In this document: piece by piece, positions 13,344-26,608 of the stretch
Position numbering within the stretch: position 1 is the stretch's first letter
Layout: each line of letters begins with the position of its first letter
Assembly: GCA_051453625.1 (NCBI GenBank)
Contig: JBOZIK010000001.1
Span: forward strand, 11,870,575-11,921,434
Direction of reading: 5' to 3'
Source of the DNA: Welwitschia mirabilis
Taxonomy: Eukaryota
DNA: 50,860 bases
Position numbers and translations under genes: made by a program
The notes under the pieces: model-generated
Told to the model about the DNA's origin: nothing
Seen by the model: only the letters and a program-made list of their open reading frames with translations
Databases searched by the model: none

Positions 13344-16300
13344 TATTCTATCCAATACTTAATCAAGAAAAGGAAGAGGACAATGATCCTTTTTAGTTAC
13401 TTCGTTAAGTCTTTGGAAGTCTATGCATACTCTTCACTTACCATCTTTCTTACATACTACATTTAATTAACTAACCCACTCACTATCACTTATTGGATAA
13501 ATAATATTAGCTTCTAAAAGTTTAATGATCTCATTTTTAACCACTTGTTTTAGTGCTAGATTTAAGCATCTTTGAGGTTTTCTTATGGGTTTTAAATTGT
13601 CCTCTAGGTATATCTTGTATTGCATAATATGTAGTGTAATAGAAGATAGGTCCTTATGACTCAAAGCAAAAGCTTCAAATTTAGATGTTAGAAGTAATAC
13701 TAAGTCTTTCTCAGCTTTAGAATAGAGATGACTAGTAATGATTAGTGGCTTTTTAGGGTTGTTTTTGATAAAAATATATTTCAATTACTTTTTAAGTAAG
13801 CTCCTTCAAATTCATCTCAAAGTTGACTCCTTCATATCTATTAGGGGTTGCATATCCATCCTTATCAAAAGTTGTTTCAATGAATTTTACTTCTTCTATG
13901 TCTTAGATTGTGATGTTATTAAATGTTTCTTCCATCAAGGGTTCCATATTACTATCAAGTTCATAAGATTTAATGGAATTAAGACTATCTAAGATTATTG
14001 AGAATTCCTTCATATCATCAAAAAGAGTTGGTTGCTCATGTGTAAGAGCCTTTAATTCAATTGAATGATGAGATACTTTGTATTGTTAATCTAATATCTT
14101 CACTAAGCTGATCATTTGGATTTCTTATGTCCTTTTCTGCTAGGTTGAAGGCTTGAACTTGGATATTTTTACTACCTACATGAAGTTTCATGATTTTAGT
14201 TCTAGTGTCTATAATGTAGTGGGTAGTAGCACAAAAAGCTCTACCTAAAAGCAAGGGGTATTCACCATTATAATTAATTTTGATACTTATGACATCAATG
14301 GGGTTGTAAGTTTTATCTATTTAGACAACCAAATCTTTGATAATTCCAATATGTTTTTTGAAGTGAAATTATCCATTTCCAAGAGAATTTTTGTTGATTC
14401 AATGCAATTTACTAATCCAAACTTTTTACAAATGTGGAGGAGCATAATGTTCACACTTTCACATATGTCAATAAGGCCTTGTTAATCTTTTTTTAATCTT
14501 CTGAGATCATAGTAAGGGTTGCTGCCCTTAGACCTTTGAATTTTGGACATTCTTACANNNNNNNNNNNNNNNNNNNNNNNNNNNNNNNNNNNNNNNNNNN
14601 NNNNNNNNNNNNNNNNNNNNNNNNNNNNNNNNNNNNNNNNNNNNNNNNNNNNNNNNNAAGAATTCTTTTCATATCAACAAAAAGAGTTGGTTGTTCATGT
14701 GTGAGAGCCTTCAATTCAAGTGAATGATGAGCTACAAATATTATTGATCCAATATCATCACTAAGATCATAATTTGGATTCCTTGTATCCTTATCTGCTA
14801 TGTTAAAGACTTGAACTTAGATCTTTTTACTACCTACATGAAGTTCCATAATTCTAGTTCTAGTATCTATAATGCAGTGGGTAGTAGCACAAAAAGCTCT
14901 ACCTAAAAGTAAGGGGTATCCATCATTGTGATTAATTTTGATAATTATGACATCAATGGGGTAGTAGGCTTCCTCTATTTGGATAACCAAATCTTTAGTA
15001 ATTTCAACAAGTTTTCTTAATGTTGAATCATTCCAAGACAATTTTTGTTGGTTCAATTCAATTTTCTAATTTAAAACTTTTACAAATATGGAGGGGCACA
15101 ATGTTCACACTTGTACCTATGTTAATAAAGGCCTTCTTAACCTTTTTGTTGTCTTATAAAATCATACTAATGGTTGCTTCCCTTGGATCTTTAAATTTTA
15201 AACATTTTTGCATTACCAAGTTGGCTATAGATTGAGCTAAAAACACTCTACTTAATAATGTACATTTCTACTTTCTTCTACAAAGATCCTTCCATACTTT
15301 AGCATACTTAGGATTATTTTGAAGTATGGGCCAAAATGGGAGTGTGACATTGACATCTTTTATAATTGTTTTAATGTACTTATTATAAGTTAGATTAGAG
15401 TTAAATCTATTTAATCAAGGGATAAGATGTTTTCTTCCTTTGTTTGATTATTTATTCTTGTTGATTAGAGTGGAAGTGAAAGGAAAGTGTGTCTCATCAA
15501 GGATTTCTACATATTCATCATTTTTTTCTTCAATGTCTTTATTTGTAAATGGCTCTTCAAGTGTAGTAGTAGTGCCTCTTCGAGTAAATACCTTGTAATA
15601 TTTTTTACATCATTGGGGTTAGGTAAGCTATTGGAAGCTAATATTCCTTATGGTCTTTGATTAGCTAACATAATTTTTTGCATGATTCTAGTCAAATCTT
15701 GTATATTTTTTTTGTGTTTGCTTAATACTCTTATGTGTTTATTCATAGATGCTTCTTATCTCTATCATAGCTTCCTTAATTGAATCCTCATTGTGTTAAT
15801 TGTATCCTCTGTATCTTGGGTTATATGGTTGTTTAAAGGAGGATTTATAATCAAGTTTGAAAGAAGGATTTGGTTGATGGTAAGGTTTTTTCTCATTATG
15901 ATAAAATCATTTGTAGTGATTAAGATCTAATTAGTTTGCATAGCATACTTATTCCCTTACTACTTCTTTCACAGTTGGCAAAAAGGTGTATTCAATGACC
16001 AAGTGCTTTTCTTAACATAATTCACAAGTAGGAGTTGATGTGGTATGGGCTTTTGCTAATTTCACCTCTTAGATTTCTTTCATCATTTTCTTTACAAGTG
16101 GGCTATCACTGTCATTATTGTCTTCATCTTCATAAATAAATTATTTTTGTTTGCCCCCTCGATGTTTCATATGATGGATTTCTCTCAAATATTACTTGAG
16201 GATTTTGTTTTCTCTAGACTTAGGACATTCTTAGCTAAGTTCAACTAAGTCTTATAAATGTTATTATGCTTCATCAGTTGTGTGTTAAAATAAACTCCCT

Positions 16301-19300
16301 CCACAAGAAAGATCTATCATTTGTTTTGTTGTACTAGTGAGGACATTATAGAAATGGTAGATTAATTCTTCTTGTTGAAATTCATCTATGGAATTGGCTA
16401 AAACTAAAATTAGGAATCTTTTCCAAGATGAAGCATAATCATCATTGTCTTTCTATTGAAAATTTGTTACCTCACAATGTCTTTATCTCAAAGTGTTTCC
16501 ACTAAGGAATCATTTAATGAAGCTTTCTTTGGTATCCTTTCAAGTTTTAAGACTTTTGTGGGGTAAGGTTTTAAGCCAATTCTTTGCTTTTCCACTCAAT
16601 GTGTAAGGGAATACCATCATGTAGTTTCTATCAGTTATAGGTTTCTTTTTATTACATGTGAGCATAAATTGTTCACTGATCACGATGTGTTTATAAGAAT
16701 CTCCATGACTTTCTCCATAAAAAGAGGGATAGAAATTAAGATTTTTGATTTCTATATCATCCCTAACAAGAAGGTTAAAAGGATTATGAGTTTCTATAAG
16801 TTTTGATCCATATTTATCCTTAAGAGTTGGTTGGGTACCACTANNNNNNNNNNNNNNNNNNNNNNNNNNNNNNNNNNNNNNNNNNNNNNNNNNNNNNNNN
16901 NNNNNNNNNNNNNNNNNNNNNNNNNNNNNNNNNNNNNNNNNNNNNNNNNNNNNNNNNNNNNNNNNNNNNNNNNNNNNNNNNNNNNNNNNNNNNNNNNNNN
17001 NNNNNNNNNNNNNNNNNNNNNNNNNNNNNNNNNNNNNNNNNNNNNNNNNNNNNNNNNNNNNNNNNNNNNNNNNNNNNNNNNNNNNNNNNNNNNNNNNNNN
17101 NNNNNNNNNNNNNNNNNNNNNNNNNNNNNNNNNNNNNNNNNNNNNNNNNNNNNNNNNNNNNNNTTCACATTAATAATGTAAGTTTTTCTCTTTAGATTTT
17201 GATGGTAGTCCCTTGCTTAACCTAAAAGAACCAACCTTTTAACTCAAAAACATTGTAAGTAATCTCCAGGATCAGATTAATTTGCAAGGAGTAGATTTAA
17301 TGATTAAGAGTAATGTTTTTTTTAAATATTCACTTAGGACCTAAGAAAAAGACACCAAAAGGATTCTTGCTATGTGGTAATCCTTCCAGATTTTACAAAG
17401 AACAAGAAAGTAGATCTAATAAGGGGAAATTTTTGCATTAAAAATGAATAGAAAAAGAAGAGAAATTTATAATAAAAAGGTTATACAACATAAACAACAT
17501 GTGAAAATAATGTGTTACCCTCCAAAGGTGAATAATCTTACTTGGATAGGGGTAGACCTTANNNNNNNNNNNNNNNNNNNNNNNNNNNNNNNNNNNNNNN
17601 NNNNNNNNNNNNNNNNNNNNNNNNNNNNNNNNNNNNNNNNNNNNNNNNNNNNNNNNNNNNNNNNNNNNNNNNNNNNNNNNNNNNNNNNNNNNNNNNNNNN
17701 NNNNNNNNNNNNNNNNNNNNNNNNNNNNNNNNNNNNNNNNNNNNNNNNNNNNNNNNNNNNNNNNNNNNNNNNNNNNNNNNNNNNNNNNNNNNNNNNNNNN
17801 NNNNNNNNNNNNNNNNNNNNNNNNNNNNNNNNNNNNNNNNNNNNNNNNNNNNNNNNNNNNNNNNNNNNNNNNNNNNNNNNNNNNNNNNNNNNNNNNNNNN
17901 NNNNNNNNNNNNNNNNNNNNNNNNNNNNNNNNNNNNNNNNNNNNNNNNNNNNNNNNNNNNNNNNNNNNNNNNNNNNNNNNNNNNNNNNNNNNNNNNNNNN
18001 NNNNNNNNNNNNNNNNNNNNNNNNNNNNNNNNNNNNNNNNNNNNNNNNNNNNNNNNNNNNNNNNNNNNNNNNNNNNNNNNNNNNNNNNNNNNNNNNNNNN
18101 NNNNNNNNNNNNNNNNNNNNNNNNNNNNNNNNNNNNNNNNNNNNNNNNNNNNNNNNNNNNNNNNNNNNNNNNNNNNNNNNNNNNNNNNNNNNNNNNNNNN
18201 NNNNNNNNNNNNNNNNNNNNNNNNNNNNNNNNNNNNNNNNNNNNNNNNNNNNNNNNNNNNNNNNNNNNNNNNNNNNNNNNNNNNNNNNNNNNNNNNNNNN
18301 NNNNNNNNNNNNNNNNNNNNNNNNNNNNNNNNNNNNNNNNNNNNNTAGGCTTAGTATAGAGTAATTGAACCAATGAATGTCATAATCTATAGAGCATAAG
18401 ATAACATTCTAATCAAGAACATAAATAAGAAAGAATAAAAACTTTAATTTCAATCTAATTTTTTTGATCAATTTTGTGTTTTTATAATGCAAAAAGGAAA
18501 ATTAACAATGTAACTATTCTAATGTGAAATGAAAAAATGAAAGAGAGAGCAGATGCAATCTATGATAACCAAGTTTCTAAGTTGCTATCATCCAATTCAG
18601 TCCTTATAACTTGTGTTTAATTCAAAATTAATCTATAAAATAGCATTAGTCAAACTTAAACACAAGCCATAAGAGAAATAATAAGAATTAAAGAATAAAG
18701 ACATTTTATTAAATAAATGGAATGTCTTACAAATACTTTAGAAAGGCAGTGACTCCTCAATGTTAAAAGCATAGCCTAATCACTAAGAATGATCTTTCTT
18801 GTACTAAAATAGATCCTTGACTTCTTGGATGCCTCTATCACTAATCCTCTAATGTCAAAATCTAACTAAATGATGTTAAATGGGATTTTTTATAGTTTTC
18901 CTAAGGTGGTAATAGGTCAGAAAATCTNNNNNNNNNNNNNNNNNNNNNNNNNNNNNNNNNNNNNNNNNNNNNNNNNNNNNNNNNNNNNNNNNNNNNNNNN
19001 NNNNNNNNNNNNNNNNNNNNNNNNNNNNNNNNNNNNNNNNNNNNNNNNNNNNNNNNNNNNNNNNNNNNNNNNNNNNNNNNNNNNNNNNNNNNNNNNNNNN
19101 NNNNNNNNNNNNNNNNNNNNNNNNNNNNNNNNNNNNNNNNNNNNNNNNNNNNNNNNNNNNNNNNNNNNNNNNNNNNNNNNNNNNNNNNNNNNNNNNNNNN
19201 NNNNNNNNNNNNNNNNNNNNNNNNNNNNNNNNNNNNNNNNNNNNNNNNNNNNNNNNNNNNNNNNNNNNNNNNNNNNNNNNNNNNNNNNNNNNNNNNNNNN

Positions 19301-20167
19301 NNNNNNNNNNNNNNNNNNNNNNNNNNNNNNNNNNNNNNNNNNNNNNNNNNNNNNNNNNNNNNNNNNNNNNNNNNNNNNNNNNNNNNNNNNNNNNNNNNNN
19401 NNNNNNNNNNNNNNNNNNNNNNNNNNNNNNNNNNNNNNNNNNNNNNNNNNNNNNNNNNNNNNNNNNNNNNNNNNNNNNNNNNNNNNNNNNNNNNNNNNNN
19501 NNNNNNNNNNNNNNNNNNNNNNNNNNNNNNNNNNNNNNNNNNNNNNNNNNNNNNNNNNNNNNNNNNNNNNNNNNNNNNNNNNNNNNNNNNNNNNNNNNNN
19601 NNNNNNNNNNNNNNNNNNNNNNNNNNNNNNNNNNNNNNNNNNNNNNNNNNNNNNNNNNNNNNNNNNNNNNNNNNNNNNNNNNNNNNNNNNNNNNNNNNNN
19701 NNNNNNNNNNNNNNNNNNNNNNNNNNNNNNNNNNNNNNNNNNNNNNNNNNNNNNNNNNNNNNNNNNNNNNNNNNNNNNNNNNNNNNNNNNNNNNNNNNNN
19801 NNNNNNNNNNNNNNNNNNNNNNNNNNNNNNNNNNNNNNNNNNNNNNNNNNNNNNNNNNNNNNNNNNTCACTAAGCTAGCCTCTGAAAGCTAGCTTTGAAT
19901 TCCTTTATCCTTGTGGTCGTGTCCTCAATCATGGGGATGACAGAAGGGATGATAGTCATTTTGTTGAGTTTTTCTTCTAGTCTTTGCTCCACTTTTCTCC
20001 TTAGTTGAATTCCTATTTTTATGGATGAAAATATGGCACTTAAGGTCATAATTGTCCTATTATATTAGTTCATAACAAAATGCCTAAAAATGACTAAATT
20101 GAATTCCTGTTCCCTACAAAACATCATCAATTACAGTATTAAAACATGACAATTTAGAATTGTAATA
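13343..20167 (-). mobile_element. 3'-truncated Athila-type element B1 (5' LTR to 20167, leader, gag ~15900-16840, protease ~14800-15200 and duplicate ~14050-14550, RT N-terminus 13343-13790)
   Basis: Motifs LNFYPSFYGESHGDSYKHI and FPYTLSGKAKNWLKTL (gag), KAFINIGTSVNIVP and LLLGRAFCAT (protease), KPIRKPQRCLN...IIYPISDSEWVS and RVCIDFQRLNEVTKKDHCPLPFLD (RT). LTR segments match 44803-46004. Confidence 0.88.
18346..20167 (-). repeat. 5' LTR of element B1 (LTR family B), partly in N gaps
   Basis: 18346-18927 aligns with ~44922-45450 and 19870-20167 with ~45710-46004. Homology stops at the family-B LTR terminus. Confidence 0.85.
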
Positions 20168-21226
20168 ATACTCTTAAGTAGATTATCATGGAGTCGACCG
20201 AACACCTAAAGGGTTGACCAAACCTAATGCTGAAAACTGGAAACATCTTTATTAGGATAAGTAGGAAATCAGATTTTGTTCCATGTAACTGGACTGGGAT
20301 CAACCAGATTCAAATGTGGTCGACCGAACATGAAGCCATAAGAAATTGGGGTGATCAAAATTTTCACTCAGGTGACTCATGTAAGTCATTGTACTAGATG
20401 GAATCAACTAGACTTTGAGGGTCAACCAGATGAAATGGAACTAAAATTTTCTATTCATTATATATCTATTATGTATCTATTAAATATCCATGTACTAATT
20501 GTTTATAGTTGTTAGAAGCACATTTCAAATGTAATTAACCCTAAAAACCTTTCAATATAAATAGCTAAGAGATAGATGACTATAGAATCCTTTAGCACCA
20601 TTTTAATTGTGTTAATCTTTTGGATCTAAGAAATGAACACTGTAATCTTATGATATTCACTATTGTGTCTTTCAATCTATACTTTTAATCAAGGAAGATC
20701 TATTGTCTATATCATCTTTATATTCAAGATTAGATCCTATGCTTTATTTGTTGTACATCTATAGGAGAAGAGCTCCATTGAATCCACTATATCAAGAACA
20801 AGTGATATCTGTGCATATTGGCATCATTGCATTAGTACTTTATATTATGAAAGGTTGAGACTAATCCTTAAAAAGTCCATTTATAGGTTGAGACTAAGCC
20901 TAGAAATGTTCATTTGTAAAGGTTACAAGTGAACCTGGAATACCTGATGAAGTAACAAAGATCCGAATCAAACTTGGGGATAAGCTTATGTCAAGAGTGA
21001 AGTAGGGGGTTTCCCAAACCACTGTAAATCCTATATGCATCTATTTAATACTTTTTTACTTTTAGTTAATTAATTTCTTTACTTCTATTAACTTTTTTAT
21101 GCATGTTTTGGATTAGTAAATTATTTTTTGTAAGTTTTGATTATCTTGGATTCTTTTAAAATACTATGTTGTAATTTTAAGAACCTATTCATCCCCCTCT
21201 AGGGTTTTCAAACTTATTAGACTTCA
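20168..21226 (+). mobile_element. Partial Sirevirus-like Ty1/copia LTR (solo or 3' LTR)
   Basis: GGTCGACCG-type palindromic motifs (20193, 20318), a segment similar to the reverse complement of ~35160-35230, and terminal CCTATTCATCCCCCTCTAGG...CTTCA like the LTRs at 34420 and 42155. No PBS follows. Confidence 0.75.
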
Positions 21227-21229
21227 CAT

Positions 21230-22200
21230 CATTATTCTTTCTTCCCTTTTTCATCATGGATATTTAAACATGGTTAAGTTTCATTCTCTAAAATAACCTC
21301 TAAAATTTGAAAGACCCCTTGCTTATCCCCTATCTTTCTCCTTATTTTTCCTTTTACCTTTCTCATTTTCTCTTCTTCCATTCCTCTCATCCTTTCTCTT
21401 CCTTCCTTTTCTCTTTACTCTTCTNNNNNNNNNNTTTTTATTTCTTTTCTTTTTCTCCCTTCTTTCTCACATTGTCTCTTTTCTCTTACCCTATTTTTTA
21501 TCCTCTTCCCTTCTCTTCCTCTCTTCTCTTTTCTCCTCCTACATTTCTTCCATTTCTTCCTCTCTTCCCTATTTCATTTTTATTTTTTACCTTTCCCATC
21601 ATTTTTCCTCTCCTTATCTCTTTCCTAACACCTCATCTACCCTCATTTTTTCTTTCACTAGCTAGAATTCCATGCCTTGGATGTGGAATTCCCTCCTATT
21701 CCCATTCTTCTACCTTTTTACTCACTTCTTCTTACTTCTACCCCCTCTTTATCCTTATTTTTGTCTGTTCTATTTGTCTTTTCTCCTTTGATTTCTTTTT
21801 TCTTCCTCATTTTCCATTTTCTCTAAACTCTTTTCCTTCTTTTCTCTTTCCCTTTCTTTTCTTTCTCTTCCTTCTTTCCATTCCATCTATTTTTACTCAT
21901 GTTTCCTCTTCTTTCTTTCCCTATTTTTTCTCCTCTAATTCTACATTTTCTTATCCTCTTCTTATTTCTATTTCCTTTTCCCTTTTCTATCTTTCTTATT
22001 TCTTTTTTCCCCTTCTCTCCTTACCAACGCCCCATCTACCTATCCTTTCTTTCTTACTAGTTAAAATTTCATACCTAGATGTGGAAATACCTTAATTTTC
22101 ATGTCCTAGACATGGAATTCCCTCTACCTTCATGTCCTAGGCATGTAAATGTAGCCTTCTCTACCTAGGCATGAAACCTACCCCACTACCTGATCCCTCC
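21230..22200 (+). repeat. Polypyrimidine (CT-rich) low-complexity tract with ~400-bp duplicated unit and CATG(T)CCTAG(G/A)CATG motifs
   Basis: Nearly G-free plus strand; ~21605-21700 resembles ~22010-22095; short semi-palindromic motifs recur at 22070-22175. Confidence 0.85.
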
Positions 22201-22599
22201 TTCAACCCTGACATCCCTTGAAACTAACTTTATAGCTTTCTTTATTTCATTACTTTTCAATAGTCAGGAAACCATTCTCATTACCATCATGACAATATTT
22301 ATTTACTTCATTCTTTATTTTAAAGGTTCTATTAGTTGTGATTCATTAATTTTAAGTTTATAAGAGTCTTAAGATTATATCAGATCCTTAGGATATGTTT
22401 GATTCAAGTAAAGCTCCTTGTGACAAATATCACAAGGTGAGTACTACCTTAATGATTAGGGATGGGACCATTGTTTTGATGGAATGATTCTTTCTAGCAT
22501 CAATAAAAATCATGTTTATAACTAAAATCATCTTAATGTTAATCTAAAGCTATTCAAGAAGACCTACATCATCCATAATTACTTTACTCTCTTTTCATT

Positions 22600-25500
22600 C
22601 CTTAATGTTACTCCCTTTTCTTTACTTCTAGCTTAAAAGGTAGTCTCTCCCTTTTTCTCCCACTTCTAGGTTCCCATATCTAGGGAGTCCTCTCTACATT
22701 ATCTCTTAGTTCTTGATACCTCCTCTAATATAATTATCATTTTATAAATTAGAGATGTCCCTCTTCCTTTATTTACTTCTTATATGATTAGCCCTAACTT
22801 CACAATAGCTTTTACTCTAAGTTAGCAAGTAAAAGAATTTTAAGTAGTGGAAGAAAATATAAGATATGACTAGTGATATCTTTTTTACATGGATTTTTTC
22901 TAGTTTTTTATAGTTTATCTTTCTATCTTAAATTTAATACTATAGCTTCTTCTCCTCTTTCTTTCTTAGAAGGGAAAGACTGTATAAACATCTTCCAAAT
23001 AGGGGAAGAGAAGGATAGATCATGAGTTTTGATCAATTTTTGCAATAAAGATAGTTTTTTATTGACATCTTAAGTCTTACAATCATTGAGTACCTAAAAG
23101 ATAGTGAATAGAAAATCTAATTTTTAGATAATATCTTTCTATAAAGGAGAGCAAATGATTTTTGTCCCTTGAAGGAAAACCACTTTTTAGATTCATCCTT
23201 TCTATCTATTTGAATATCATTCTATATTATTATCTTATCCTAGGAAGGACACATATTAAAAACCTCTAATCCCATATGTAAGACCTGATTTATCTTTTGC
23301 TATAATAGAAAACTTTAGGAAAACTAAGAGGATATACCCTTGTTAAGGGTGTTCTCTCTTACTTTTTATCTTTACCTTTTTCTTTTTGTTTTATTTTTTT
23401 ATTTGTTTTTTATTTCATGAGAAATCTACCTATTAAGCATTACTTATTGCTTTAAGCTTATTCCTCAGTTACTTTGTTCCATGAGGGAGATTGTTTAGGT
23501 ATCAAATTTCTTGTTGCCTTTTAAAATAAGTCTAGTACCCCATCCTCGAAAGCAAGTGTTATTATCTCTTTCAAGCCTAGAAAAGAGAATATACATCAGT
23601 AATTACTTATGAATAGTTATTTCTAATTTTGAAGAGAATATAGCTACTTTATCTAATTTACTACTATACCTTCCAAAATCATTTTATTTAAATCCATAAT
23701 TAAAACATTTAAACCTTGTAAGCTTTAAAACACCTTAGTAATTCTTAAGATAAAATGACAACTAGGGGAAATTATAATCTAATAGGAAATTTTATTTTAG
23801 TTAGTTAAAATTGCTATCTATACCTTAATATCTAGAATACATCTTCCAAAGATTTCAAATTGCAATAAAAATCAACGTGTAGCAAGCTTTTGGTGCTATG
23901 GATAGGGATTGTAATTGCTCTTTCTTAGCTTGCTAAGAATCATTTTTATTCTCTATTTTTTAAGATTTGTTTCTATTATAGCTATAAAAAGTTTTATATG
24001 TTTTTTTATGAACTAGAAGCACCTAAAGCATAGGAACATGGATCTATGAACATTCATATTAAATCTATTATGTGGAACTTTAGTTTTGTCCAAGTGTATT
24101 CTAACTTTATCTTTGCATTTGTAGTTGCATAAAGAATAGGTTTAATTTATTATTAAAATTTCTAAAATTTTCTATATGTTTTGCTATTAATAGTTTGCTT
24201 TGGATTGTAGACATGAACTTTTAAGTTAAGAAAAATTTTATCTTAAACATCCTATGTTAATTAGCATAATCTTACTCTCTTGTTCTTGTCTATTTTTCAT
24301 GATGAAAGTTTTCACATTTGACTAGTGCTTCCATAACTTCTATTAATTTCATTATCCTTGTTCTAAATTTTATCATCAATTAAATTTCAAAGTGTATATT
24401 TCAATTTTTTTTATCAACTTTTGTTAACCATATATCATATAAATTACTTTCATATTCACCACATTTTTATTTTTTTAAATGAATTATTCTTACAATTTGT
24501 CTCTTTCTATCTTAAAGGAGAACTTAATCATTGCATTCATTTAGCATTGTAAATTATGAGCATTAATAAATTCATGATATTCCTCTTAAATTTTTCTTTC
24601 CATACCTTTTTTTCAATTTAAAGCTCATAAAGTTGAATTTTCTTTACTTTCTTTAGATTTGAAATATTCATTAATTTATGATAAAGTCTAGACATATCTT
24701 TCACTAGCCTATGATTTCCCCTTTAGCTAGTCTATTTATTCCATCTTTAGATTCACATGATAGTACTATAATCTCTTTATATTTTTCATTACTATAAATC
24801 CTTCTTTATATGCTATCTAAGTTGCTTATTTTATTATTGAAATAAATGCTTTCATTTTCCTTTATGATTCTTTACTTTTTTCATAGATACTAATCTACCA
24901 ATTTTGAATAGATTTTATTGGTTTTATTATTTAGTTTAACTTACTAATTATGACCTATATGATCTAATTCTCCTTTGCCACTTTAGATTAAAGGCCTTTC
25001 CATCTCTTAACAACTATTACAAATGATTCATTTCAATGCAAGAGAAGACAATGTTAAATTTTATTATTTTCTTTTCTTATAAGGCTTAAATAAAGTGTGT
25101 TCTTCTAGATGACTAAGCTAGAATCTAAATGATGGAATTCATATCTTAAAGATAGGAAATGATGTTAGTTTTTTTTTTTTTTGGATAAATTACTTAATAT
25201 CATCTTTACTACACATTATGCTATATACCTACATCTTTAAGTTATGAATGTCTACATTTGTTAACTTCATTTTCAATAATAAGTATCTTTTCATGATTTT
25301 TCCATGGAAAGTATTTGTAGGCCTTTTAGAATGGAAATATAATATTTCTCTGATTAGTCCCTCTTTAAAGATGATCTTTGTTCTTACCTCACTACTTCAC
25401 CTATTTAAAAATTTTTGATAAAATAATTTCCAAAGGGGTATTGTTATTATTGTTGTTCTTTCTACATAAACATCTGTAAGATTGCATGTTCCTTTATTAA

Positions 25501-25860
25501 GTTACCTATATCTAGTAAGATTATGTACTCTTTAAGTTGTCTACTTAGTTGTTCTTATTAGTAAGTAAATGTTCTAAAGAATTCTCTTATACTCCAAATA
25601 GTTTTTTTTGCTATTATTATTATTATTTGTTGGGATGTGGGAGTATCTAAGCTTGTGTTTAGCTCCTTAGAACATTCAACTTTTCATTATTAATAAACCC
25701 ATTATCGGTTAATGGATTGGAATGCTTAGTGTTGCTTATGATTCTAATGAATGAAATTCTAAGATGATGCATTCTTTTATTCTTATTTTTCAAGCCCTTA
25801 AGGTCATGACTTCTCTTTCTATCATTTTTCACTTCATTATCATGAAGGGGTTTTAAGTAG
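22600..25860 (+). mobile_element. Very degenerate L1-clade LINE (ORF1 DUF4283-like and ORF2 RT remnants), 3'-truncated
   Basis: Ordered motif relics: FYKGEQMIFVP*R and LSI*ISF (~23135-23225; ORF1 GPW..W and PVWV), REDNVKFYY (~25040; GDxNTKFFH), VLISK..V..EFS (~25550; LIPK), AYDSNE*N (~25735; KAYDSVEW), *GHDFSFYHF (~25800; QGDPLSPYLF). Boundaries are approximate. Confidence 0.65.
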
Positions 25861-25949
25861 GCTTTTATTACTTATTGCATTACTATTCATCTCAAGTTTA
25901 TTTATAATTCAATTTCATTAAGTCTAAAAATCTATTACACAAGCATAAG

Positions 25950-26560
25950 AAATACATAAATGATAGTAATAGAAAATTTTTCTTAGTAGTCTTTTTTAAT
26001 GTATCTACAGATTTTTAAATAGGAAGTAATTAATACTAATGTTTCTCTTCCTTTTAACAAATAAATAGTACATATTGTCATACAAATGAACTTGACAAAT
26101 AGTTATATTATGGTAGCTTAATCAGAAACTTAAATTTGGCTAACATCTTAACAACCTTCTATCTCTACTTAGGATCTAAGTTAAAGGCCTTAAGATAGGT
26201 AAATATCCTAATATATTAAGACCTTGCTTGTATTTTAATATATCTTTCCACCGTATGGTCTAACATGTTAATTTTTTTTTTAATCATGGAAATAGTTATA
26301 GCTATACAAATTCTATAGATAGAGATGATATAATTAGGCTATCAATTCTTGTAAAACTCTACCACATTGTTATAGTAATAATAATTCTTAAATAGAATCC
26401 AATAAATAAATCCTAGCTCTTCAAGTTTATACCTTAATGTATGCTTAATATATTCTAAATATAGGTTAAAACTATAGCCAAGGATGTCCCTAATTTCTTA
26501 GATGGTAAATTATCAATAGTTGTTATCCATTTGGTATTCTTCTTTTAAAAATGTATAATC
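25950..26560 (-). pseudogene. Probable Tat/Ogre-like gypsy relic: additional RNase H followed by integrase N-terminal region
   Basis: KWITTIDNLPSRKLGTSLAIVLT (W...DG...G.G.VL), YNNVVEF (TNNxAEY), then LDPK*R*KVVKMLAKF...VLFIC*KEE. Very decayed. Confidence 0.4.
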
Positions 26561-26608
26561 CATTATACATATCAAACCTTCAGTCACACACTTGAATTTA
26601 CCACAAAT

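Noticed and set aside
16794..19892. Long poly-X ORFs here and at 10159, 33529-34471 and 49438-49772
   Set aside because: Assembly gaps (N runs)
21307..22095. 262-aa F/S/L/P-rich ORF resembling a membrane protein
   Set aside because: A polypyrimidine tract lacks stop codons by composition; TTG start and contains Ns
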